Of a DNA stretch of 64,000 nucleotides, positions 34,115 through 43,792 are shown in pieces. The notes below the pieces were generated by a model, which saw nothing but the letters and a program-made list of their open reading frames with translations, did not search any database and was not told the DNA's origin. The position numbers and the translations under genes are program-made. Location of the stretch: the NCBI GenBank assembly GCA_017541665.1, contig JAFXYP010000036.1, positions 8,686-72,685 of the forward strand. The letters run 5' to 3'. Every line of letters begins with the position of its first letter. Within the stretch, counting starts at the first letter, position 1. Source of the stretch: Lentisphaeria bacterium (GTDB lineage: Bacteria > Verrucomicrobiota > Lentisphaeria > Victivallales > UBA1829).

Positions 34115-34797
34115 GGGCGTCGAAGATCCGCCGCTTTCTGTTTTTGTTGGCGGCTCCGCTCCTTGTTTTCCTGTCTTCCGCCTCCCTCTCCGCGGAGGAG
34201 GCTTCCGTGCAGACGGACGGGAAAACGCAGGGGACCGGGGACGCCGGCATGGCGGAGATCCTGTCGAACATCGCGAACTTCAGGACGCTCCGCACGAAAT
34301 TCGTTCAGACGAAACATCTCAAGTCGTTTAAGAAGCCCATGGTCCTGAACGGCGAACTCTGTCTCGACCGCCCCGGCAAACGCTTCGCATGGCACGTCGA
34401 AAAACCGCTCCGATACTCCTGCGTCATCGCGGACGGCAAGCTCACGCAGTGGGACGAAGACTCCGGCAGGACCGTCTCCGTACCGTTCTCCAAGTACCCC
34501 ATGCTGGAAATGCTTTCGGACGCCATGACGGCGTTCGCGTCCGGCGATCTGAAGGCGCTGGAAAAGGATTTCGAGGCGGCTCCGGGCAAGGACGGCGCGA
34601 TCGTGCTGAAGCCGCGTTCCGAACGCTTCGCCGCCTCGCTTATCACCGAAGTCGAACTCTCGCTCGACGACACGAAAACGAAGATCGTGAAGGTCCGCGC
34701 ATCCGAGAAAAACGGCGACGTGACCGAGCTCGTCTACTCGGATTCCGTTTTCGACTCCGACATCCCGGATACACTCTGGCAGGCGAAACAGAAATGA
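34093..34797 (+). CDS. LolA-like lipoprotein-carrier-fold protein (ApeL-like)
   Basis: 234 aa. Signal peptide IRRFLFLLAAPLLVFLSSASLSA. FRTLRTKFVQTKHLKSFKKPMVLNGEL is typical of LolA-like proteins in lipid-export clusters. Start at ATG 34093 overlaps the preceding gene by 22 nt. Confidence 0.7.
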   Translation: MYHQRTVRASKIRRFLFLLAAPLLVFLSSASLSAEEASVQTDGKTQGTGDAGMAEILSNIANFRTLRTKFVQTKHLKSFKKPMVLNGELCLDRPGKRFAWHVEKPLRYSCVIADGKLTQWDEDSGRTVSVPFSKYPMLEMLSDAMTAFASGDLKALEKDFEAAPGKDGAIVLKPRSERFAASLITEVELSLDDTKTKIVKVRASEKNGDVTELVYSDSVFDSDIPDTLWQAKQK

Positions 34798-37700
34798 AAC
34801 ACCTCCTTCGGCGCGTCATACTGTTCGGTCTGCGGCGCCCGGTCCTTGCGGCGCTCCTGTCTCTTCTCGCGCTTGCGCTCGCCGCCCTCCCGCTCTTCTT
34901 CGCCTCCTTCAGCGCAGACATCACGCGCATGCTCCCCTCCGGCAGCAGGTCCGAACAGGAATGCGCCGTTCTCCTGAACTCCGGCCTGTTCAACCAGTCC
35001 GCCGTCCTGTTCACCGCGGACACGGAAGACCGGCTCGACGCCGCATCCGCGGAGATCGACCGCATCGCCGACGAGATCGCGTCCGTGCCCGGCGTGACGC
35101 GCGTCGACAACCGTTTCCTGCCAAACGACCTCGCCGCCACCCTCGCTTCCTTCCAGGAATGGATCCCGCAGTTCCAGCCGTTTTCCGAACTTGATCCCGC
35201 CGGGATCGTTTCCGCTGTCAAAAGAAAGATCCTGCTCGGCGGATTCGCCTCGCTCGTGCTTGCCGACCCGACCGGATTCGCCGCATCGAAACTTGCCACG
35301 CTCGAACAATTCCGTTCCGCCTCGTCGTTCCGCCTGAAAGACGGCGAAACCGCCATCGTCTCCCCGGATGGCCTGCATCGGCTGCTTCTGCTCGAAACGG
35401 ATGTCTCCGCGGCAGACACGACGGGCGGACGGCGGCTCATGGGCGACCTCGAAAGCATCCTCGCGAACCACCCGATATCCGGCATCCGCGCCGACCTCCT
35501 GCTCGCCCACGCGCACTCCATCGAAAACGAGCGTGTCATCAAGTCGGACGTGAAGCTCGCGTGCATCCTGTCGATCCTCTTCTTCCTGCCCGCGGTCCTG
35601 CTGCTTTTCCGCCGCGACCTGCGCGCGCTGGCGATCCCGGTCTTCCCGGCAGTCGTCTCGCTCGCCGCCGTTGGACTCCTCGCGATCCCCGGCGAACCCG
35701 TCCTGCTTTTCGTGACGGCCACCGGCGGGCTCGTGATCGGGCTGGCGGTCGACTACGGCGTGCATGTGTACATGACCATGCAGACGCCCTGCCCCGTGCG
35801 ACGCCTGATCCGCATCGCGCCCTCCCTGCTGACGGGCGCGGCGACCTCGGCGGCCGTGTTCCTCCTGCTCGCGCTGACGCCGATCCCGGGCGTACGGCAG
35901 TTCGGCGTGTTCATCGGGATCAGCCTGCTCGCCAGCCTGTTCCTCACGCTCCTGCTGTTCCCGTCCGTCCTCATCCGCACGAAGGCGCCCCTGCCGAAGC
36001 CGCGCCCGCTGAAGACGTTCTCCCCGAAGCTCGCATGCGGTATCTGCTTCGGCCTGATGGCGCTCTTCGGCGTCCTCGCGGCCCTGCGGCTCACCGTCCG
36101 CACCGATCTCCGCCAGTTCGACGCCGCGCAGGAGAAGCTCAGCGAAACGGCGGACGCGGTGGAACGCCTCTTTCTCGACGGCCCGGCGCAGGGCGTACTG
36201 GCTGTGCCCGGCAAGGATGCGAACACAGTGCTGATGTCCGCCAGCCTGATCTGCGATACTTTTCTCAAATTGGATCCCGGGCTCGAGGGCAGGATCTTCT
36301 CCACGTCTTTCCTGATCCCGCCGCCGTTCGACGTGACAAAAAGTATTCGGGAGATCAATCTCTCTTCCTGGCGCGAAAATTTCGATTACGACAAATTCGC
36401 GGAATCGCTCCGCGCCGCCGCGGAAAAGGAAGGCTTCGAGCCGGACGCCTTCGATCCCTATCTCGCTTCGCTCAAACGCGGCATCGAATCGCCCGACCTT
36501 GTTTCCTATCCCGAAGTCTTTGCGCCCGTGCTGAACCGCATCCTGCGCCCGGCGGCGGACGGCAACGGCTGGTATGCGGCGATCTTTCTGCCGCAGTCGG
36601 CCCTCGCCAGGCATCGCCCCGGAGTCGGAAACAGGCAGCCTGTCCCGTACGATATCTTAGGAGCCGTCGCCATATCCCGCACGGACATCCCCGCGCAGAT
36701 CGTATCCGACATGAAGTCCGCCGCGACGCTCCCCGTGATCCTCGCCGTGCTCTCGGTCTTCGCGATTGCGTTCCTCTTCTTCCGCAGCGTCCGCGACAGC
36801 CTCTGCGCGATGATCCCGGTGGCGGCGGCCCTGCTGACCGTCTGCGCCGTCTACGCGCTCTGCGGCAAGCCGCTGAACCTCGCCGCCGAGATCTCGCTCG
36901 TGCTGCTCTCCGGCCTCGCCATCGACTACGGCGTCTTCGTGATCGGCAGCGAACGTTCCGCCTCGAATCCGTACGTCTTCCGCGCCATCACCGCCTCCGC
37001 GGTCACGACCGCCGCCGGCGGCCTCACCATCGCGTTCGCGGGGCATCCGCTCCTGCACGAAGCCGGGTTCGCGCTGATCCCCGGCGTGCTCGCCGCCTGG
37101 GGTGTCGCCGTGCTGCTTCTGCCGTCCATCCGCCGCGGATTCGCGGCGCAAACCAAACCCGTTTCGCCCGGGCTCAAGACGCTTCTTCTCGCGGTCACCC
37201 CCGTATTCCTCCTGTTCGCCTCGTCCGCGTGCCGTTCCCTGCCCTACGATTACGAACCGGTCCCGCCCCTGACGGAAACGGATTGGCCGCTCTACCGCGA
37301 CGCGGTCCAGCCGCCGGCCGCCCCGATGCAGCCGTTCGCGTTCCAGGGCAAAGTCACCATCGAATACAAGTTCTTCTCCCAGGCCACGCTCTGCGCCGTC
37401 TCCTACGACGAATCCGGCGAGCTGCGCGTCGCGGCGTTCTCCCCGTCCGGCGGCAAGCTCTTCGAACTGGCGGGCACGGCGGACGCCCTGGCGGATTTCT
37501 GGTTCGTGCCGTTCGACATCCTGGACGGCCACGAAAAAGAGGCGGCGGGATTCATCCTGGAGGATTTCTTCAACATCTTCAGCCATCTGGAACCGTGGCG
37601 CGGCGCAAAAGCCGGGGCGACGGAAACAATCGACGACGGCAAAAAGATCATCCGCCGGGAAACCTCCGGGGACGACGGCGGAGAGCTTGTCAGCGAGTTT

Positions 37701-37892
37701 TGGGGACCGAAATTGCCCGTAATGAACAAATATTACTTTAAAAACGAAAGTATCGACTGGCAATCCTGGTATTTTCGGTATATCGTAAAAGATACGGTTA
37801 TTTTTCCCGAAATCATCGTATACGACAATAATAAACACGGATACCGCCTTATCCTGTCGGTATCGGATTACTTCGAGGACAGCGAATCATGA
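34794..37892 (+). CDS. MMPL/RND-type predicted exporter fused to a C-terminal DUF3261-like lipoprotein domain (ApeM+ApeN-like fusion)
   Basis: 1,032 aa. ATGA overlap with the LolA-like gene. Two blocks of ~6 TM helices with large loops (MMPL pattern). After aa ~790 there is an internal signal-like segment LKTLLLAVTPVFLLFASSAC (Cys813, nt 37230-37232) followed by a ~220-aa soluble domain. Confidence 0.8.
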   Translation: MKHLLRRVILFGLRRPVLAALLSLLALALAALPLFFASFSADITRMLPSGSRSEQECAVLLNSGLFNQSAVLFTADTEDRLDAASAEIDRIADEIASVPGVTRVDNRFLPNDLAATLASFQEWIPQFQPFSELDPAGIVSAVKRKILLGGFASLVLADPTGFAASKLATLEQFRSASSFRLKDGETAIVSPDGLHRLLLLETDVSAADTTGGRRLMGDLESILANHPISGIRADLLLAHAHSIENERVIKSDVKLACILSILFFLPAVLLLFRRDLRALAIPVFPAVVSLAAVGLLAIPGEPVLLFVTATGGLVIGLAVDYGVHVYMTMQTPCPVRRLIRIAPSLLTGAATSAAVFLLLALTPIPGVRQFGVFIGISLLASLFLTLLLFPSVLIRTKAPLPKPRPLKTFSPKLACGICFGLMALFGVLAALRLTVRTDLRQFDAAQEKLSETADAVERLFLDGPAQGVLAVPGKDANTVLMSASLICDTFLKLDPGLEGRIFSTSFLIPPPFDVTKSIREINLSSWRENFDYDKFAESLRAAAEKEGFEPDAFDPYLASLKRGIESPDLVSYPEVFAPVLNRILRPAADGNGWYAAIFLPQSALARHRPGVGNRQPVPYDILGAVAISRTDIPAQIVSDMKSAATLPVILAVLSVFAIAFLFFRSVRDSLCAMIPVAAALLTVCAVYALCGKPLNLAAEISLVLLSGLAIDYGVFVIGSERSASNPYVFRAITASAVTTAAGGLTIAFAGHPLLHEAGFALIPGVLAAWGVAVLLLPSIRRGFAAQTKPVSPGLKTLLLAVTPVFLLFASSACRSLPYDYEPVPPLTETDWPLYRDAVQPPAAPMQPFAFQGKVTIEYKFFSQATLCAVSYDESGELRVAAFSPSGGKLFELAGTADALADFWFVPFDILDGHEKEAAGFILEDFFNIFSHLEPWRGAKAGATETIDDGKKIIRRETSGDDGGELVSEFWGPKLPVMNKYYFKNESIDWQSWYFRYIVKDTVIFPEIIVYDNNKHGYRLILSVSDYFEDSES

Positions 37893-38272
37893 CCATCTGG
37901 GATGAAATCGACTCCATCTACAATCAGGCCGGAGAGAACGGAGAAGGCCCCTGCACGTTCTCCGTCCCCGTCACGTTTTCCGGCTACCGCGGACACTTCC
38001 CCGGCAATCCGATCCTGCCCGGGATCGTCCAGCTCTCTTTCATCCGCCGCCTGGCGGAACGCCGCCTCGGGCGTCCGCTCCGTCTCGCAGGCGTGCGCCG
38101 CATCAAGTACCTGCGCCTGATCACGCCGGACATGCCGGTGACGCTTTCGCTGGAGCTCGAGCCGGTCGAGGGCGAAGGCACCTGGGCCGCGAACGCATCT
38201 CTCCTGAACGCGGAAGGCGGACGCGTCTCCGCGGCAAAACTGTTCTTCGCGCCCAAAGAAAGTGCATCATGA
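37889..38272 (+). CDS. FabZ-like 3-hydroxyacyl-ACP dehydratase (catalytic, ApeP-like)
   Basis: 127 aa. YRGHFPGNPILPGIV catalytic-His motif. ATGA overlap with the upstream gene. Confidence 0.8.
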   Translation: MTIWDEIDSIYNQAGENGEGPCTFSVPVTFSGYRGHFPGNPILPGIVQLSFIRRLAERRLGRPLRLAGVRRIKYLRLITPDMPVTLSLELEPVEGEGTWAANASLLNAEGGRVSAAKLFFAPKESAS

Positions 38273-38751
38273 GACACCCCGAGTTCAAGCAATATTTTGA
38301 ACGCAAACCCGGTGACCCGCCGCCGCTCGAAGTCAGAGTCACGCGCCGTCTCCAGTTCAGTGAGTCCGACCCCCTGAAGATCGCCTGGCACGGCAACTAT
38401 GCCAGGTTCTTCGAGGCCGCCTACACCGAGCTTTCGCACAGCTTCGGGTTCGACAACGACTGTCTTGAGCGGGAGCACGTCTCCGCGCTCTTCTACCACG
38501 ACGAATACGACTACCGCATCCCGCTCCCCTGCGACGCCCTCTTCCACACCTCGGCCGCGCTCATCTGGACCGATGCTCCGCGCATCAACATCGAGTACGC
38601 CGTGCGCATGGAGGACGGCCGCGTCGCCGCCGCCGGATGCACCACGCAGGTCTTCATCGACGCCCGCGACTTCACGCCGCTGTGGCACATCCCGCTCTTC
38701 TGGGAGGAATTCCTGAAGCGCTGGAAGGAGGGAGCATACCACCATGGATGA
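38269..38751 (+). CDS. 4HBT/YbgC-type hotdog acyl thioesterase (ApeK-like)
   Basis: 160 aa. VTRRLQFSESDPLKIAWHGNYARFFEAAYTEL matches the 4HBT thioesterase N-terminal pattern (catalytic Asp). ATGA overlap upstream. Confidence 0.75.
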   Translation: MRHPEFKQYFERKPGDPPPLEVRVTRRLQFSESDPLKIAWHGNYARFFEAAYTELSHSFGFDNDCLEREHVSALFYHDEYDYRIPLPCDALFHTSAALIWTDAPRINIEYAVRMEDGRVAAAGCTTQVFIDARDFTPLWHIPLFWEEFLKRWKEGAYHHG

Positions 38752-39853
38752 CCGCACTCCCGTCATCGTCGACTGCGACCTGTACACCGCGTTCGGACCC
38801 GGCGTGGAAGCCTGCTGGAACGGGCTTCTGCAGAACCATGCCGCGTTTTCCGACTGCTCCAGGTTCCACAACGAGAAATTCTCCACGGCCCTCGCGGCCA
38901 TGGCGCCCGGCGCCGAGGTCAACGGCACGGAGGAGATCCCCGGATTCTTCCTGGACTACCTCTCCGCGACCGCGAAGAAGATGCCGCGCGACTCCGAGCT
39001 TTTCCTCGCCAGCACCGTCGGCGAGATCGAATACATCGACAATCCCGAACGCCGCTGCACCTGCGACATGCTGCTGGAACGCGCGCTGAAGGTCTGCGAC
39101 AAGGAGCACGGGCGCATCGTTTCCGCCGCCTGCGCGTCCTCGAACTCCGCCTTCGTTTCGCTCGCCCGCCACATCCGCAGCGGCCGCCTCGACTCCGCGG
39201 TCGTGATCGGCACCGACTACGTCAGCGAATTCATCTTCTCCGGCTTCGCCACGCTGCGCGCCCTGGCCCGCACGATCGCACGTCCGTACGACCGCAACCG
39301 CGACGGGCTCCTGCTCGGCGACGCCGCGTCCATCGTGAACATCTGCTCCGCGAAGAAGGCCGCCGAACTCGGCCTGAAGCCGCGCGCGGTGCTGACGTCC
39401 GGCGGAATGAGCTGCGACGCGGTCCACATCACCGCGCCCATGCCGCACGGCGAGGCGCTTTCCGAAGCCATCGGACACGCACTGGATGAAGCCGGGCTCA
39501 CCCCGGACGACATCGGCGCCGTGATCGGGCACGGGACCGGAACGCGCTACAACGACGACATGGAGATCCAGGCCATCCACCGGAACTTCGGCGACCGCTC
39601 CGTGCCGATGCTCTCCGTGAAGGGCGCTTGCGGGCACACGCTCGCGGGCGCGGGCCTCGTGGAGGCCGTCGTCGGGGTCCGTATGCTGGAGACCGGGCTG
39701 ATCCCGCCCCAGACTTCCCTGCTCACTCCCGAGCCGGAGGCCGCCCGCTACGTCTCCACCGAAATCCGCAAACTCGAAAAGCCGCGCGTTCTGTGCATGA
39801 ACTCCGGGTTCGGAGGCCTGAACGCCGTCATCATCCTGGAGGCCGTATCATGA
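38744..39853 (+). CDS. Beta-ketoacyl synthase (KS 2 of 3)
   Basis: 369 aa. SAACASSNSA active-site Cys, CDAVHITAP and GHGTGTRYND/GACGHTLAGAG His motifs. Confidence 0.85.
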   Translation: MDDRTPVIVDCDLYTAFGPGVEACWNGLLQNHAAFSDCSRFHNEKFSTALAAMAPGAEVNGTEEIPGFFLDYLSATAKKMPRDSELFLASTVGEIEYIDNPERRCTCDMLLERALKVCDKEHGRIVSAACASSNSAFVSLARHIRSGRLDSAVVIGTDYVSEFIFSGFATLRALARTIARPYDRNRDGLLLGDAASIVNICSAKKAAELGLKPRAVLTSGGMSCDAVHITAPMPHGEALSEAIGHALDEAGLTPDDIGAVIGHGTGTRYNDDMEIQAIHRNFGDRSVPMLSVKGACGHTLAGAGLVEAVVGVRMLETGLIPPQTSLLTPEPEAARYVSTEIRKLEKPRVLCMNSGFGGLNAVIILEAVS

Positions 39854-40482
39854 ACCGCGCGTATCCCTGGCACATCATCGGCGGCGTCACGGTCGAAGGG
39901 CTTTCGTTCCGCACCTGGCGCCGCGGCATCGTCTGCACGGCGGAGGACACGCAGGACGCCAAGGCAAAAGTCTCGTCCGTTCAGGACGATTTCCCGCACG
40001 TCTACGGCCTCGACAACTTCCGGCGCGGCGATGCGAAAGTCCGCACCTACATCCTGGCCGCCGTCCTCGCGCATCGCGACGCGGAGGTCGATGCCGTCCG
40101 CGGGACCGCCATCATCGATTTCGGCCGGCAGGGCTGCCACGAACAGAACCTGGACTATTTCAACGACTACCGCGAGCACGGACGCCATCTCGGGCGCGGT
40201 CACCTTTTCGTCGGGACGCTCCCGACCACGCCCCCCTGCGAGGCGGCGATCTCCCTCAAGCTCACCGGGCCGTGCTTCTACATGGATGCGTTCGACCGCT
40301 GGCCCGTCCTCTGGGACGAGGTCACCAACTTCTTCGAGATGCCGAGCATCCGGCGCGTCATGGTCTGCCGCTACGGATCGGGCAAACTGACCGTTCTGCT
40401 GGCGGAATCCGGCGGCCCGATGGAGATCCCGGACGAGTCCGATCCCGAAACCCTCGCCCGGCGCATCTTCCGCGCGGAATGA
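39850..40482 (+). CDS. Short KS-N-terminal-like protein without active-site Cys (chain-length-factor-like partner 1, divergent)
   Basis: 210 aa. ATGA-coupled to KS 2. LFVGTLPTTPPCEAAISLKLTGPCFYMD occupies the position of the KS active-site loop but lacks the TACSS motif. Assignment is by context and weak similarity. Confidence 0.5.
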   Translation: MNRAYPWHIIGGVTVEGLSFRTWRRGIVCTAEDTQDAKAKVSSVQDDFPHVYGLDNFRRGDAKVRTYILAAVLAHRDAEVDAVRGTAIIDFGRQGCHEQNLDYFNDYREHGRHLGRGHLFVGTLPTTPPCEAAISLKLTGPCFYMDAFDRWPVLWDEVTNFFEMPSIRRVMVCRYGSGKLTVLLAESGGPMEIPDESDPETLARRIFRAE

Positions 40483-40500
40483 CACCGGGGGGATGATCTC

Positions 40501-41667
40501 ATGCGCTGCTGCTGCGTGATCCCCGTCTTCAACCATGCGTCCACGGCCCCGTCCGTGATCGAGCGGACGCGCGCCGTCATGCCCGACGTCCTCGTGATCG
40601 ACGACGGTTCGGAGGACGTCGACCTGGCGGAGCTCTACGCGGGCACCGGCGTCGAGGTCATACGGCATCCGCACAACATGGGAAAAGGCGCGGCGCTCCT
40701 CACCGCCATCCGCACGCTCGCCCCGCGCGGCTACGACTACATGATCACGCTCGACGCCGACGACCAGCACGACCCGGAGGACATCCCGAGGTTCCTGCCG
40801 CTGCTGGAACGCAACGACTGGACGCTCGTCGCCGGAGTCCGCGATTTCTCCGTGCCGAACGTCCCGGGCAGGAGCAAATTCGGCCGCGCCTTCTCCAACT
40901 TCTGGTTCCTCGTCGAAACCGGCAAAAAGATCTCCGACTCCCAGAGCGGATTCCGCGCGTACCCGCTCCAATACGTCTCGCGGATCCGGTGCTCCTCGCT
41001 CCATTACACGTTCGAGACCGAGCTGCTCACGCGCTGCATGTGGGCGGGGCTCGAGCTTGCCGAGGTCCCGATCTCCACGCATTACGACCCGCCCGGGGAA
41101 CGCGTCTCGCATTTCCATCCCGTCCGCGACAACTGGCGCATGACCTGGCTCCATACGCGCCTCGTGTTCCGCCGCCTCGTCCCGTTCGGCGTCAGGAAAC
41201 TCCGGGAGACGCCCCGCGAATACCCGTGCCTGTGGAAGCCGAAGGAGCTCTGGGCCTGGCTCGTGAAGGAAAATACATCCTCGCTCGGGCTCGCGTTCTC
41301 CGCGTTCGTCGGCGCGCTCCTCGCCGTATACCCCACCTACGGGTTCTGCACGATTCTGATCCTCTACGTCGCCACGCGCCTCCACCTCAACAAAGCCATG
41401 GCGGTCATGGCGCAGAATCCATTCATGCCGCCGGTCTGCCCGGTCCTCTGCATCGAACTCGGCTATTTCCTGCGGCACGGCAGATTTCTGCTCCCGGAGG
41501 ACCTGAATTTCCACAGTACGGTCCGCGAGATCCATCTGCGCTGGTTCGAATGGCTTCTCGGCAGCATCGTCCTCGCCCCGGTGTTCGCCGCGACATTCGC
41601 CGTCATCGTCTACCTCGCCGCCGAACTCTGCCGCGCGATCATCCGCAGAAAGGGCGCACGTATATGA
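40501..41667 (+). CDS. Family-2 glycosyltransferase fused to a DUF2062-like membrane domain (ApeJ-like)
   Basis: 388 aa. CCVIPVFNH..VIDDGSED..TLDADDQHDPEDI (GT-A DxD). C-terminal hydrophobic part ..AFVGALLAVYPTYGFCTILILYVATRLHLNKAMAVMAQNPFMPP. Confidence 0.8.
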   Translation: MRCCCVIPVFNHASTAPSVIERTRAVMPDVLVIDDGSEDVDLAELYAGTGVEVIRHPHNMGKGAALLTAIRTLAPRGYDYMITLDADDQHDPEDIPRFLPLLERNDWTLVAGVRDFSVPNVPGRSKFGRAFSNFWFLVETGKKISDSQSGFRAYPLQYVSRIRCSSLHYTFETELLTRCMWAGLELAEVPISTHYDPPGERVSHFHPVRDNWRMTWLHTRLVFRRLVPFGVRKLRETPREYPCLWKPKELWAWLVKENTSSLGLAFSAFVGALLAVYPTYGFCTILILYVATRLHLNKAMAVMAQNPFMPPVCPVLCIELGYFLRHGRFLLPEDLNFHSTVREIHLRWFEWLLGSIVLAPVFAATFAVIVYLAAELCRAIIRRKGARI

Positions 41668-42578
41668 ACGGCGCATCCGCGGCACGGCAGCCCGCCGCAA
41701 ACCTGAGCGACACGCGCAGGAACAAGCTCGGATCCGCGATCCTTCGCGGGATCCTGTCCCTCTTCGGCCCTGCCGCCGCGTGCTTCCTCGTCAAGTTCAT
41801 CGCGCTCGTCTATGCGCTCACGGACCGGCAGGCCGAACAGCGCGCCCTGCCCTACCTGAAGCACCGTTTCCCGGAGGCAAAGGGTCTCCGCATGAAACGC
41901 CATGTCTGGCGTCTCTTCACGGCCCAGGGGGAGGCGCTCATCATGGCGCTGGCGCTGGCCGACGGACAGGCGAAGGTGTGCGAACGCAACCCCGAAGTCT
42001 TCACCCCGCTCCGGGATGCTCCCGGCGGGCTCGTCTTCCTCTGCTCGCATTTCGGCGCGTGGCAGGCCGCCATGCACTGCGTGAACGCCGGGAACCGCCG
42101 GGTCGCGTTCGTCGCGAAACCTGACCGCAACGCCGACGTCGACAAAAGCCGCGCGTTCAACGGCGGGGAAACCGCGCCGATGCACATCATCGACACCGCG
42201 GGCGCTTTCGGCGGACTGCTGGAGGCGTTCGATGTGCTCGAATCGGGCGGCGCGGTCGGCCTGATGGGCGACCGCTGCCTGGAACACGACGCCGTGCCGG
42301 TGCGTTTCTTCGGCGGGACCGCGCATTTCCCCGCGGCGGCCTTTTTCCTGGCGGCCAGGGCGCATGCCCCGGTCGTGCCGTTCTTCCTGACGCGCGGCGA
42401 TTCCTACCGCGAACTCCGTCTCGAATTCGCCCCCGTCGTGCGTCCGGCGCGCCCGGCCCGCGGCGGGATCAAATTCCAGGCGGACGTCCAGCTTTATGCC
42501 GATGCGCTCGAACGCATGGCAATGGAGCATCCTTACGACTGTTTCCTCTTCGAAAACGTATGGGAGGCCCGCACATGA
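41664..42578 (+). CDS. LpxL/HtrB-family (lipid A late) acyltransferase-like protein
   Basis: 304 aa. ATGA overlap upstream. N-terminal TM. LCSHFGAWQAA (HX4-type motif region), GLMGDR and FFGGTAHFPAAAFFLA blocks are typical of the lauroyl/myristoyl acyltransferase family. Confidence 0.7.
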   Translation: MNGASAARQPAANLSDTRRNKLGSAILRGILSLFGPAAACFLVKFIALVYALTDRQAEQRALPYLKHRFPEAKGLRMKRHVWRLFTAQGEALIMALALADGQAKVCERNPEVFTPLRDAPGGLVFLCSHFGAWQAAMHCVNAGNRRVAFVAKPDRNADVDKSRAFNGGETAPMHIIDTAGAFGGLLEAFDVLESGGAVGLMGDRCLEHDAVPVRFFGGTAHFPAAAFFLAARAHAPVVPFFLTRGDSYRELRLEFAPVVRPARPARGGIKFQADVQLYADALERMAMEHPYDCFLFENVWEART

Positions 42579-43789
42579 TCTACAGAATGCCTTTCGATCC
42601 CGTCATAACGGGGTTCGCGCATCTTTCCTGCGCCGGATCGACCGACGCCGAGGCGCTGGCGCTGTTCCGGGGCGAACGCGCACCCGAAACGCCGCGAAGC
42701 GCATGCTCCGTGATCGACTCGGCCATCCGGGACCAGGTATTCTACCTTGATTCCTTTCAGTCCGGGCCGGAAGGTCTGCGCACGCTCGCCATGATCCGCG
42801 CAACCGTTTCACGGGCATTGGACGCCGCAGGGCTCACGCCCGGCATGCTGCGCGGGTCCGCGACCGGCTGTGTGGTCGGCACGACCATCGCCCACCAGTT
42901 CACGGAGACCCCCTACTACGCGCGTCTGCGCGAGGACCCGGACACGGAGGAAAACGGACCGGCGCAACGCTTCCTGGACTCCAATCCGGCGGAGACGGTC
43001 GCCCGCGAATACGGCCTGTCCGGCCCCGTCTACACGGTCTCCAATGCGTGCTCCTCCGGCGCGGACGCCATGTCCATCGCCGCGCTCTGCCTCCTCTCCG
43101 GCCAGTGCGAACGCATGATCGTGATCGGAGCGGACGAGCTTCACCGCACCCCAGTCGCAGGATTCCACGTCCTCGGCGTGACCTCGCCGTTCCCGTGCCG
43201 TCCGTTCGACTCCGCGCGCGCCGGGCTGAATCTCGGGGAAGGCGCGGGCGTCCTGATCCTGGAAACGCCCGAATGCGCCGGAAAACGCGGAAAGAAGTCG
43301 GAGTTTGCATTATGCGGGTTCGGTATGTCCTGCGACGCATCCCACATCACGGCCCCGGACGCGACCGGAGGCGGCATGAAACGCGCGTTCCGGGACGCCC
43401 TGCTCCGCGCCGGACTCTCGCTCGGCGACGTCGCGTTCATCAACGCCCACGGCACCGGCACCGTCCTGAACGACCAATGCGAGACCGCGGCGTTCGCCGG
43501 ACTGGCGGAGGAAACCGGAGCCGCCGCCCCGCCGCCGTTCCTCTCCACGAAACGTTTCACCGGGCACACGCTCGGCGCCGCCGGCACGCTCGAATTCATT
43601 TTCACCATGCTCATGCTGCGGGACGGCATGGTCCCGGCGAGTCCGGGCTGCAAGACGCCGGACCCCGCGCTCGCATGCGCCCCTCTGACCTCGCCACTGC
43701 ATCTCCCCTTCGGCACGCGCTTCGCGGCATCGACCTCTCTGGCGTTCGGCGGCACGGATGCCGTCCTCATCGCGGAAAGGATAGACTGA
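42575..43789 (+). CDS. Beta-ketoacyl synthase (KS 3 of 3)
   Basis: 404 aa. ATGA overlap and GGGAGG SD. VSNACSSGADA active-site Cys, CDASHITAP, NAHGTGTVLND, FTGHTLGAAG. Confidence 0.85.
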   Translation: MIYRMPFDPVITGFAHLSCAGSTDAEALALFRGERAPETPRSACSVIDSAIRDQVFYLDSFQSGPEGLRTLAMIRATVSRALDAAGLTPGMLRGSATGCVVGTTIAHQFTETPYYARLREDPDTEENGPAQRFLDSNPAETVAREYGLSGPVYTVSNACSSGADAMSIAALCLLSGQCERMIVIGADELHRTPVAGFHVLGVTSPFPCRPFDSARAGLNLGEGAGVLILETPECAGKRGKKSEFALCGFGMSCDASHITAPDATGGGMKRAFRDALLRAGLSLGDVAFINAHGTGTVLNDQCETAAFAGLAEETGAAAPPPFLSTKRFTGHTLGAAGTLEFIFTMLMLRDGMVPASPGCKTPDPALACAPLTSPLHLPFGTRFAASTSLAFGGTDAVLIAERID

Positions 43790-43792
43790 ACC

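Noticed and set aside
31143-36614. Long minus-strand ORFs (829 aa, 626 aa and others) inside the lipid cluster
   Set aside because: All are antisense to plus-strand genes with clear catalytic motifs and ATGA coupling. They show high-GC shadow composition.
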